58,530 bases of DNA from a candidate division WOR-3 bacterium (GTDB taxonomy: Bacteria; Hydrothermota; Tepidihabitantia; Tepidihabitantales; DTDR01), in the NCBI GenBank assembly GCA_025060715.1, contig JANXBG010000007.1, forward strand, positions 1 through 58,530, read 5' to 3'. Positions 29,577-39,407 of this stretch are shown piece by piece (position 1 is the stretch's first letter; every line of letters begins with the position of its first letter). The notes below the pieces were generated by a model, which worked only from the letters and a program-made list of their open reading frames with translations, was not told the origin of the DNA and searched no databases. A program made the translations under genes and the position numbers.

Positions 29577-29621
29577 GGATATATACCCCCCTCCTCCTAT
29601 GTCTTTATGATTACTTCATAA

Positions 29622-31486
<1,865 letters not shown>

Positions 31487-31487
31487 T

Positions 31488-31967
31488 TTATTCTAGTAAT
31501 TCTAAAATTTTTAATTCTAATTTTTTTATTCCTTCTTCAGAAAAGCCAACTTCTCTATAATAAATTTTTCCGTTTTTATCCAAAAGAACCAAAGTGGGTA
31601 TCGCTTGAACTTGATAGAATTTAGCAATTTCGTTATTGCCAATTAAGATTGGATATTTGATATTCATCTCCTCTTTCATTTTAATTAACAGCTCTTTTTC
31701 GTCTAAACCAATACCTAAAACAACGAAATTTCTGTTTTCAAATTTTTCGTATAAATTTACTAAATGGGGAATTGCTGCCCGACAAGGTGGACACCAAGTG
31801 GCCCAAAAGTCAATAAGAATTATTTTTCCTTGGTAATTTTTTAAAGAAACCTTTTCGCCAGCAAGATTTTCTAATTGAAAACTTAAAGGGTCTTGAAATC
31901 TTTTTCCACCGCAATAAAATAAAAAAGTAATTATTAAAAAAAATTTAAAAATCTCAAAATACTTCAT
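31488..31967 (-). CDS. TlpA/ResA-family thiol-disulfide oxidoreductase lipoprotein
   Basis: Lipoprotein-like signal (FYCGG), DFWATWCPPCR, IPTLVLLDKNG. Confidence 0.9.
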   Translation of the reverse strand: MKYFEIFKFFLIITFLFYCGGKRFQDPLSFQLENLAGEKVSLKNYQGKIILIDFWATWCPPCRAAIPHLVNLYEKFENRNFVVLGIGLDEKELLIKMKEEMNIKYPILIGNNEIAKFYQVQAIPTLVLLDKNGKIYYREVGFSEEGIKKLELKILELLE

Positions 31968-32287
31968 TCTTCCTCCAAAAGTTTATTTAACTTTTCTACT
32001 AAAATTGATTTGGGAACCGCACCAATAACTTTGTCAATTACTTTGCCTTTTTTCATAAAAAGGAATGTGGGAATACTCATTATCATATATTTTTCTGCCA
32101 GTTCATTCTCTTCATCAACATTAACCTTTCCAACTTTAACTTTTTTTTCGTATTCCTTTGCTAGTTCTTCAATAATCGGCATCATCATTTTACAGGGTGG
32201 ACACCATTCTGCCCAAAAATCGATCAATACCGGAATTTCACAATTTAAAATCTCCTTCTCAAAATTTTCTTTGGTAATTTTTAACAT
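31964..32287 (-). CDS. trxA: Thioredoxin
   Basis: PVLIDFWAEWCPPCK, KVNVDE, SIPT, GAVPK; start moved to ATG 32287, 5 nt after TTGATT-N16-TATATT. Confidence 0.92.
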   Translation of the reverse strand: MLKITKENFEKEILNCEIPVLIDFWAEWCPPCKMMMPIIEELAKEYEKKVKVGKVNVDEENELAEKYMIMSIPTFLFMKKGKVIDKVIGAVPKSILVEKLNKLLEEE

Positions 32288-32386
32288 ACAAAAATATAGC
32301 AAATTTTTTATTAAAATCAATAATTTTTTGTTTTATTTAAAAAGTTCTTTTATTTTCCGATAAAGCTAATTGCTTCTAAACGGTTT

Positions 32387-33049
32387 TTATTTATTTTTTC
32401 CTATTGAACCTTTTGCGTAAAATAATAGAGCTTTTGTTTCACTATTCTCTTTATATTCGGGATATTTTTTTAATGCTAATTCTAAAAATTCAATTGCCTT
32501 TTTATAATTATTTATTTGAATATAACACCTACCTGCTGATTGTAATGCTTTAGGAGCAAATAAAGATTTTGGATATTTTTTATAAACTTCTTCATAGGTA
32601 TTTGCTGCTTTTTTGAATTCGTTCATTTCTTCATAACAGGCAGCAATGCCCATTAAAGCTCCTGGTGATAAAACAGGATTTTTCTTATTTTTGGCATAAA
32701 ATTTTTCAAAAGCTCTTTTGGCTTCAATATATCTTTGGGTTTGGTAATAAATCTTTCCTAAATAAAAATGGGCTTTTATTCCTAAGGGGGTATTACCAAA
32801 TAATCGGGTTAATTCCAAAAATTGGGTTTCAGCTTGGGAAAGGTTATTAATAGAATATAAACCTAAGGCTTGAGTAAAACGGATTTGGGCTTCAGGATGG
32901 ATTTTGGGTTTACCAGTCAAGGAAATAATGATTATAACAATCCCAGCGATAATTGAACCAAGAATAATGAAAAAATTTCTTTTGTTTTTATAATAATAGC
33001 TAATAATTTTAGTTAAAATATTTTGTAATATATCTTCTTTTATTTTCAT
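32387..33049 (-). CDS. Membrane-anchored TPR protein (YfgM/CpoB-like)
   Basis: Single N-terminal TM followed by TPR units; start set at ATG 33049 because the longer ORF runs into tRNA-Arg. Confidence 0.82.
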   Translation of the reverse strand: MKIKEDILQNILTKIISYYYKNKRNFFIILGSIIAGIVIIIISLTGKPKIHPEAQIRFTQALGLYSINNLSQAETQFLELTRLFGNTPLGIKAHFYLGKIYYQTQRYIEAKRAFEKFYAKNKKNPVLSPGALMGIAACYEEMNEFKKAANTYEEVYKKYPKSLFAPKALQSAGRCYIQINNYKKAIEFLELALKKYPEYKENSETKALLFYAKGSIGKNK

Positions 33050-33063
33050 ACTATTTTTTACTC

Positions 33064-33137
33064 TGCCCCTGGTGAGATTCGAACTCACGGCCTACAGTTT
33101 AGGAAACTGTCGCTCTTTCCAACTGAGCTACAGGGGC
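33064..33137 (-). tRNA. tRNA-Arg(CCT)
   Basis: GCCCCTG/CAGGGGC stem, ACAGT-TTCCTAA-ACTGT anticodon arm, GTTCGAATC; no CCA. Confidence 0.95.
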
Positions 33138-33150
33138 ATTTTTAAACCTA

Positions 33151-33245
33151 CGGAGAGGGTGGGATTCGAACCCACGGTCCATCCTTTTAGGGATGGACTT
33201 CCGCTTAGCAAGCGGATGCCTTAGACCAATCTCGGCCACCTCTCC
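33151..33245 (-). tRNA. tRNA-Ser(GCT)
   Basis: GGAGAGG/CCTCTCC stem, TCCGC-TTGCTAA-GCGGA, long variable arm GTCCATCC/GGATGGAC; no CCA. Confidence 0.95.
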
Positions 33246-33249
33246 AAGA

Positions 33250-33336
33250 CGGAGGGTGAGGGATTTGAACCCCCATGTCGCTTTTCGCGACGGCGGATTT
33301 CAAGTCCGCTGCCTTACCAGATTAGGCTAACCCTCC
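33250..33336 (-). tRNA. tRNA-Ser(TGA)
   Basis: GGAGGGT/ACCCTCC stem, GCGGA-CTTGAAA-TCCGC, variable arm GTCGC/GCGAC, GTTCAAATC; no CCA. Confidence 0.95.
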
Positions 33337-33354
33337 AAAAATTTTACTATAATA

Positions 33355-33383
33355 ATTATGCCAAGAAAAAAATTTTATGTCAA
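33355..33383 (-). promoter_or_regulatory. Promoter of the tRNA-Ser-Ser-Arg operon
   Basis: TTGACA-N17-CATAAT with extended -10 TG. Confidence 0.7.
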
Positions 33384-33437
33384 TTAAATTGATTAAGAGT
33401 GTTAGGTTAAATTTATCCGTATAAAAGTTGGCTGTTG

Positions 33438-33465
33438 TTGAAAAATTTATTTTTTTATGTAAAAT
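33438..33465 (+). promoter_or_regulatory. Promoter of tRNA-Gln
   Basis: TTGAAA-N16-TAAAAT, 9 nt upstream of the tRNA. Confidence 0.6.
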
Positions 33466-33474
33466 TTTATAAAC

Positions 33475-33546
33475 TGGGGGATCGTCTAACTGGCAGGACA
33501 TCTGACTCTGGATCAGATGGTCGGGGTTCGAATCCCTGTCCCCCAG
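33475..33546 (+). tRNA. tRNA-Gln(CTG)
   Basis: TGGGGGA/TCCCCCA stem, TCTGA-CTCTGGA-TCAGA anticodon arm, GTTCGAATC; no CCA. Confidence 0.95.
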
Positions 33547-35226
33547 CTAAAATTTTTTCAATATTTCTCTTATCTCTTTTATTTTTTCTTTTTCACCAAT
33601 TTTTTCTAAAAAATAAATATTAGCATTTATCATTTTTATATAATAATCCAAAATTAAATTTTCTCGCTCATCCAAAATCTTATTTGGCTTTCGATAACGG
33701 AAATTTTTAAACTCATAATATTCATACTCTAAAGTATCTTTAATTTGTAAAGCTAAAAAATAGGGAACAAGTTTTTTATTTAAAAGTACACTTTTTAAAT
33801 CGTAATCATTTAAATTTAAATAGATAAGATAAGCCCTCTCTTTTTTATTTTCAATAAAACTATAAAGTAAATTTATATAAGCCCTCTGAATTCCAAAATT
33901 ATCTTTCAATCTATTATATTCAAACTGGTAAAGATATTTTTCATATTCTTCTAATTCTTTTTTTACTCTGTTTGTCAAATCCGGATAAACTTTTCTTAAA
34001 TAATCTAAATAAAAGGTTCTTCTTAAAAGTTCCTTATCAATGATAATCAAATCTTTACGAAAATTTTTTAAATAACGAAAATATAATGAGGGTGAATAAA
34101 AATCCCACCAATCAGTTAATATTAATGAATTCTCGGGTAAAGATTTCAAAATATTGTAGACAAAATCATAGGCTAAATAAAAATCTCTTTTATTATTTTT
34201 TTGATAATTAAAGATGAGTAATATTAAAAAAGTGATAAAAAAAAATGCTAATTTTATAATTTTTTTAGAGAAAATTTTGATATTTAAAAATCCATAAGAA
34301 GAGAATATGATTAAAGGAATAAAGGCAGGTAAATAATAGGGTTGAATATCAGGAATACTATAATTTATTGAATTTAAAATGCCGATACTAATTGTCAAAA
34401 TTAAAATTATTGCTAATTCCAAATTTTTCTTTAAAAGAAGATAAATTCCCAAAATTGCTAAAAAGAAATAAAGATAAAGCATTTCTTTAATTAAAAAACT
34501 TATTTCGCTAAGAAAATTTTTTATCACTTCGTTAAAAGGTAAAGAAAAAGACCAAACACGATATTGCCGACCACTAATATGCCAAAAAAGTCTTAAAATA
34601 TCCTTCGGGTTTCCCCAATTAAATAATGGTTCGGAATTAGCCCTAATTAAAAGATAAAAATAAAGAGATATACCCAGCAAAAATAAAAAGATAAAAGGTA
34701 AGAGTTTTTTTCTTTTTAAAATAAAATAGAAGAAAATGGGCAAAATTATTGAAAGCAACATTAAATGATGGGTTAAAGCTATACCTAAAATATATGCAAT
34801 AAAAAGAAAATTATTTTTCTCTCTCTTTAAAAATAGATATATTAATAGAATAAGAAAAAAAGCAGTTAAAGAATAGACTTCTATTTCGTTAACGATTGAC
34901 CAAAAAAGATTACTAAAAGAAAAAAGGGTAAGATAAATTAAAGAGACAATTTTATCTTTGGTAATTTCTTTAATCAAAAAATATAGAAGAATAATTGCTC
35001 CAAAACCGACTAAAAAAGAAAAAAGGTTTCCTTTAAAAGCTGGCTCAGAAAAAGGTAAAAGAAAAAATACTTTGCCTAGTAAAGTAAATAAAGGATAACC
35101 GGTGGGATGTAAAATATTTAAGTAGTGAATACTAAAAATAATCTCACCAGAATCAATTAAACCAACTGTTGGTGAAAGGGTAGAAAAAAGAATGAGAAAA
35201 ATGATAAAAAAATAAAGATAAATCAA
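33547..35226 (-). CDS. DUF2723 (TMEM260/GT117-like) GT-C membrane glycosyltransferase
   Basis: DSGE..., HPTGYPLFTLLG, EVYSL, THH, YLLIRA..P..NWGNP; many TM segments. Confidence 0.85.
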   Translation of the reverse strand: MIYLYFFIIFLILFSTLSPTVGLIDSGEIIFSIHYLNILHPTGYPLFTLLGKVFFLLPFSEPAFKGNLFSFLVGFGAIILLYFLIKEITKDKIVSLIYLTLFSFSNLFWSIVNEIEVYSLTAFFLILLIYLFLKREKNNFLFIAYILGIALTHHLMLLSIILPIFFYFILKRKKLLPFIFLFLLGISLYFYLLIRANSEPLFNWGNPKDILRLFWHISGRQYRVWSFSLPFNEVIKNFLSEISFLIKEMLYLYFFLAILGIYLLLKKNLELAIILILTISIGILNSINYSIPDIQPYYLPAFIPLIIFSSYGFLNIKIFSKKIIKLAFFFITFLILLIFNYQKNNKRDFYLAYDFVYNILKSLPENSLILTDWWDFYSPSLYFRYLKNFRKDLIIIDKELLRRTFYLDYLRKVYPDLTNRVKKELEEYEKYLYQFEYNRLKDNFGIQRAYINLLYSFIENKKERAYLIYLNLNDYDLKSVLLNKKLVPYFLALQIKDTLEYEYYEFKNFRYRKPNKILDERENLILDYYIKMINANIYFLEKIGEKEKIKEIREILKKF

Positions 35227-36137
35227 TTAGATAAGAAATCTTCTTTTTTAGAAAAATTATATATAATTGCCCTTTCTTCGGTCTTTTTTACAAGCCCACT
35301 TAAAATTTTTCCCGGACCAATTTCATAAAAAATTTGGCAACCATAATTTATTGCTGTTTCAACACTTTTCTTCCATAATACCGGTGAAATCATTTGAATT
35401 TCTAAATTCTTTTTAATTATTTCAATATTTTCACAAACTTCACCATTGGCATTCATCACAATGGGAATCTTAGGTTTATTAAAATTGAATTGAGTAAGAT
35501 ACTCTTTAAATTCCAAATAAGCAGGCTCCATCAATGGTGAATGAAAAGCACCAGAAACCGGTAGCATTACAACTTTCACCTTTTCTTTTGTTAATATTTC
35601 ATATGCCTCTTTTACTGCCGAAACTTCACCAGCAATTACTATTTGGGAAGGGCTATTAAAATTTGCTGGCACACAGATACCAGAAACTTTTTTACAAACT
35701 TCTTTTATTTTCTCTTCGGATAAACCAATAACTGCTGCCATTGTGCCTGCTCTTTCTTTTCCTGCCTTTTCCATTAGCTCTCCCCTCTTTTTTACTAATT
35801 TTAAAACCGTTGGAAAGTCAAAAACTCCACTGGCATAAAGGGCGGTATACTCTCCTAAACTATGGCCCATTACTAAATCAAATTTTTCATCTTTTAAACT
35901 TTTAAAAATTTCTAAAGAGGCTATTGAATGAATTAGAACTGCGGGTTGAGTAATAGAGGTTCTTTTCAATTCTTCTTCACTTCCTTCAAAGGAGATTTTT
36001 TTAATATCAAAGTTTAAAATTTCGCAGGCTTCATCATAAATTCTTTTTGCTATTGAAAATTCTTCATATAAATCTTTTCCCATTCCCACATATTGGGAAC
36101 CTTGTCCGGGAAAAAGAGCACAAATTTTTCTTTCCAT
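35223..36137 (-). CDS. fabD: Malonyl-CoA:ACP transacylase
   Basis: FPGQGSQYVGMG, TQPA, GHSLGEY, ANFNSPSQIVIAG, VSGAFHS, EIGPG; GGAGG RBS before ATG 36137. Confidence 0.96.
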   Translation of the reverse strand: MERKICALFPGQGSQYVGMGKDLYEEFSIAKRIYDEACEILNFDIKKISFEGSEEELKRTSITQPAVLIHSIASLEIFKSLKDEKFDLVMGHSLGEYTALYASGVFDFPTVLKLVKKRGELMEKAGKERAGTMAAVIGLSEEKIKEVCKKVSGICVPANFNSPSQIVIAGEVSAVKEAYEILTKEKVKVVMLPVSGAFHSPLMEPAYLEFKEYLTQFNFNKPKIPIVMNANGEVCENIEIIKKNLEIQMISPVLWKKSVETAINYGCQIFYEIGPGKILSGLVKKTEERAIIYNFSKKEDFLSN

Positions 36138-36138
36138 A

Positions 36139-37194
36139 TTAAATACCTCCAAATGGTTTTGGTGGAAAAGTTAATAATAAAATTACAAAAGCAAGTATTG
36201 CTAAAAATATATCCTTCTTAGTTAAAGGAGTAATCTCATCTTGAACGGGTGGATGTTTTAAACTTAATAGAGAAACAATAATTACCCAAAATAACCAACC
36301 CATCCAATATTTGCTTAAATAAATAAGAACCCCTAAAACAGCAATTATAAATATCTTAAAACGACCAAAGATAGCATAGGCGATATGACCACCATCTAAT
36401 TGTCCTAAGGGAATAAGATTTAAGGCGGTTACAAAAAATCCCAACCAACCAGCAAATGCCATCGGATGCAAAACAATATCAACACCTTGGGGAAGATCTT
36501 TAAAAACAATTTTTGTTAATGTGGAAAAAATAAGAGAATTTCCTAAAGATAAACCATATCTTATTTCTTCTAATCTTGCTATTTTGGAAAGTTTTAAACC
36601 AAAATAGGTAATTGGCAAAGCAACTAGAAAGCCGGTTAAAGGACCAGCAATTCCTACTCGAATTAAAGATTTTTTAGAAGGAACAACGGAACGCATTTTT
36701 ATAAAAGCTCCCATTGTGCCAATTAAAGGATGAGGAACTGGTAAAAAATAGGGTAAAGTTACAGAAACTTTTTCTTTCTTTGCTATAAAATAATGTCCCA
36801 ATTCATGAGAACCTAAAATTGCCAGCAAAGAAAAAGAGAAAGGAATTCCCAAAAATATATCACTAATCCTTAAAAAAGGATTGCCTCCTTGATGAAAAGA
36901 ACCAACTAATAAAGTAGTTAAAAGGGTTAAAAGGAATAAAATCAAATTTACCCAATAACTTTCTTTTTTCTCTTCTTTATAAATTTTTCCTGCCAGAGTT
37001 AATATATGAAGATTTTTCTTTTTAGAAAAGAAAGGAATAAAACCATAAGATTCTAATGCCATTTTTAAATTCCTTAAATTTATCTCCCAAGGTTCCCTTA
37101 ATTTGCCAACAAAACTTTTATCATCTATCTGATGAATCTCAAAATAATTATTTATCAAAAATATTAAATCCTCTCTTTGATGATTAGAAGCCAT
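36139..37194 (-). CDS. Site-2 protease (M50 family) membrane metalloprotease
   Basis: HELGHY, GTMGAFI, AGPLTG, LHPMAFAGWLG, LNLIPLGQLDGGH. Confidence 0.92.
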   Translation of the reverse strand: MASNHQREDLIFLINNYFEIHQIDDKSFVGKLREPWEINLRNLKMALESYGFIPFFSKKKNLHILTLAGKIYKEEKKESYWVNLILFLLTLLTTLLVGSFHQGGNPFLRISDIFLGIPFSFSLLAILGSHELGHYFIAKKEKVSVTLPYFLPVPHPLIGTMGAFIKMRSVVPSKKSLIRVGIAGPLTGFLVALPITYFGLKLSKIARLEEIRYGLSLGNSLIFSTLTKIVFKDLPQGVDIVLHPMAFAGWLGFFVTALNLIPLGQLDGGHIAYAIFGRFKIFIIAVLGVLIYLSKYWMGWLFWVIIVSLLSLKHPPVQDEITPLTKKDIFLAILAFVILLLTFPPKPFGGI

Positions 37195-37804
37195 TTTTAA
37201 AAACCTCTATCAATTCTTTTTTTACATCTTCTATTGAAACATCTTTTTTTAACTCTTCTTTAATGGAAGTCATTTTTAAATCTTTAATTCCGCAGGGATT
37301 GATCAATTGGAAATAGCTCAAATCATTATTAACATTTAAAGCAAATCCGTGAAAAGTGATATTTTTATTAATTGCCATTCCAATAGAACAGATTTTTCTA
37401 TCCTCCACAAAAACACCAATAAATTTCTCTTTTTTTTCACCTTTAATATTAAAAGATTTTAGAACTTGAATAATTAAATCTTCAACTTTATTAATAAAAC
37501 TCTTCATATTCCAAAAACCGTTTTTTAAATAAAAGATTAAATAACCAACCAACTGACCGAGATTATGTATAGTTATATCTCCTCCCCTTTCAATCTGATA
37601 AAATTCTATATTCAATTCCTTCAATTTTTCCTGACCAATTAAAAGATTTTCTATTTTTCCGTTTCTACCAATAGTAATCACTGGTGGATGTTCCACCAAA
37701 ATTAATAAATCTTCTATCTCATTATTCCTTCTTTTTTCTAAATAAAATTTTTGTAATTGATAGGTCTCAAAAAAATTTCTTATTCCCAAGTCAATAATTT
37801 CCAT
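37184..37804 (-). CDS. lipB: Octanoyltransferase LipB
   Basis: LVEHPPVITIG, RGGDITIH..GQLVGY, KICSIG, HGFALNV, INPCGI. Confidence 0.94.
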   Translation of the reverse strand: MEIIDLGIRNFFETYQLQKFYLEKRRNNEIEDLLILVEHPPVITIGRNGKIENLLIGQEKLKELNIEFYQIERGGDITIHNLGQLVGYLIFYLKNGFWNMKSFINKVEDLIIQVLKSFNIKGEKKEKFIGVFVEDRKICSIGMAINKNITFHGFALNVNNDLSYFQLINPCGIKDLKMTSIKEELKKDVSIEDVKKELIEVFKNGF

Positions 37805-37867
37805 TAAATTAATTATAAAAATTTCCTTGAAATTTTCAAATTTTTAAATATTATAAAGAGGAATATA

Positions 37868-38548
37868 ATGAAAGAAAAAAAACCTGTAATTGAAATTGGT
37901 GGCAAAAGATATTTGAGGATACCAATAAAAACAGGATTAATCAAAAAGGGTGATAATTTAATAGAGATTATTAAAGAGAAGACCAAAGGGATTTTAAAAG
38001 AGAATGATATCATCACGATTAGTGAAAGTGCGGTTGCTTGTAGCCAAGGAAGGGCAATACCAATAAAGGAGATAAAAGTATCTTTTTTAGCAAAATTATT
38101 ATGGCGATTTGTTAGAAAGGTTCCTTATGGGATTGGTTTAAGAAATCCTTATAGTATGGAATGTGCGATAAGAGAATGTGGAAAAATAAGAATTTTAATA
38201 GCGGCAATCATTGGTGGGATAACTAAACTTTTCGGTAGAAGGGGCGATTTTTATCGGATTGCCGGTAAGCAGGCAGCAATGATTGATGCTCCCTATACCT
38301 CAGGAATAAAAGAATATTACGAATGCGTAATAATGGGACCAAAAAATCCCGAAGAAATGGTAAAAAAAATAAGTTCCTATTTCTCTTTACCCGTAGCTAT
38401 TGTCGATGTTAATGATATCGGTGGTAGTTGGGTTATCGCCTCTTCAGATAGATTGAATAAAACATTGGTAGAAAAAATACTAAAAGATAATCCTGCCGGT
38501 CAGGGTGACGAAATGACACCCATTGTTATTATCAGAGAATTAAAATAA
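37868..38548 (+). CDS. Coenzyme F420:L-glutamate ligase (CofE)-like protein
   Basis: PIKTGLIKKGDNL, DIITISESAVACSQGR, AIVDVNDIGG, DNPAGQGDEMTPIVII. Confidence 0.8.
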   Translation: MKEKKPVIEIGGKRYLRIPIKTGLIKKGDNLIEIIKEKTKGILKENDIITISESAVACSQGRAIPIKEIKVSFLAKLLWRFVRKVPYGIGLRNPYSMECAIRECGKIRILIAAIIGGITKLFGRRGDFYRIAGKQAAMIDAPYTSGIKEYYECVIMGPKNPEEMVKKISSYFSLPVAIVDVNDIGGSWVIASSDRLNKTLVEKILKDNPAGQGDEMTPIVIIRELK

Positions 38549-38727
38549 ATAAAACCTATACTATCTACCATACTGCCCCCTATTTAATAGCGCCTATAAT
38601 ATTATATATAACGAACATACCCCTACTTTGGTTAGCACAATTTTTAATATTGACAAAATTTGAAAAAGTAAATAAAAATTTCCCTTCTTTTCTTATTGAC
38701 TTTTTTTTTCATGTTATAATTTATTGT

Positions 38728-39345
38728 ATGAAAAAAATACTTTTAGCTATTTTTATTGTAATTTCTTTTACCTTTACTCAGGAGTATATTCTCTTTAACG
38801 AGTGGAATGTAGATAAAAATATGCCTATGGAAAAAATTATTCCTTCTTACTCCTCATCGGCCGAAGCCGAAGAAGTTGAAGAAGAAACTAAAAGGTATTG
38901 GAAAAAGAAATTATATGTTGATAAAGGAGGAAATGGATATCCCTATTATATTAGGGTTGCGGCTTGGACAAAGAAAACTGGTCTGAGACCTCATTTTCTT
39001 GACCTTTGGTATAACATTATCTGTAATATATTACAATTTAATAACCTTCACAGTGGTTTTAGAAGAAACCCATATTACTATTTATATCCTTTAAGAAATC
39101 CCCAAATTCCTGATGATACTCTTGCGGAGTATATTATGGAGTTTCATTGTTATATGGATGAGCAGGTTGTAGAACTTAGAGACGGAGACCACATCGAATG
39201 GTATTGGTCTAACTCTCCATATTCTCGGACAGTAAGGGTAGCAAGTGGTCATATGGGTTATGAACCGAACACAGCTGGTTTTGAGCTTGATGTTCTCGCT
39301 GCGTATAGTAAAGCGAGATACAACCCTGATAAGTATGTTCGCTAA
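38728..39345 (+). CDS. Hypothetical secreted protein
   Basis: Signal peptide MKKILLAIFIVISFTFTQ from ATG 38728, 7 nt after an extended -10 TGTTATAAT; no recognised domain. Confidence 0.75.
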   Translation: MKKILLAIFIVISFTFTQEYILFNEWNVDKNMPMEKIIPSYSSSAEAEEVEEETKRYWKKKLYVDKGGNGYPYYIRVAAWTKKTGLRPHFLDLWYNIICNILQFNNLHSGFRRNPYYYLYPLRNPQIPDDTLAEYIMEFHCYMDEQVVELRDGDHIEWYWSNSPYSRTVRVASGHMGYEPNTAGFELDVLAAYSKARYNPDKYVR

Positions 39346-39357
39346 TGATAAAAAGGA

Positions 39358-39382
39358 AGCCGGGGTTATTTTAACTCTGGCT
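39358..39382. terminator. Stem-loop (terminator-like or RNA-stabilising)
   Basis: AGCCGGGGTTA-TTT-TAACTCTGGCT, 11-bp stem with G-U pairs; T-tract only on the minus-strand side. Confidence 0.5.
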
Positions 39383-39407
39383 AAAATAATAATTAATAAT
39401 AATTTAT

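Noticed and set aside
31488-32287. WCPPC instead of WCGPC in thioredoxin and TlpA
   Set aside because: A known, common active-site variant.
33050-33088. TPR ORF extension into tRNA-Arg(CCT) as a second dual-coding case
   Set aside because: A normal ATG exists at 33049 after the tRNA, so the overlap is not needed.
33250-33336. tRNA with TGA in the loop as selenocysteine or suppressor tRNA
   Set aside because: Anticodon TGA reads TCA (Ser); tRNA-Sec needs anticodon TCA and an 8-bp acceptor stem.
33435-33623. 62-aa ORF on the plus strand
   Set aside because: Translation of the tRNA-Gln gene and its promoter; no downstream domain depends on it.
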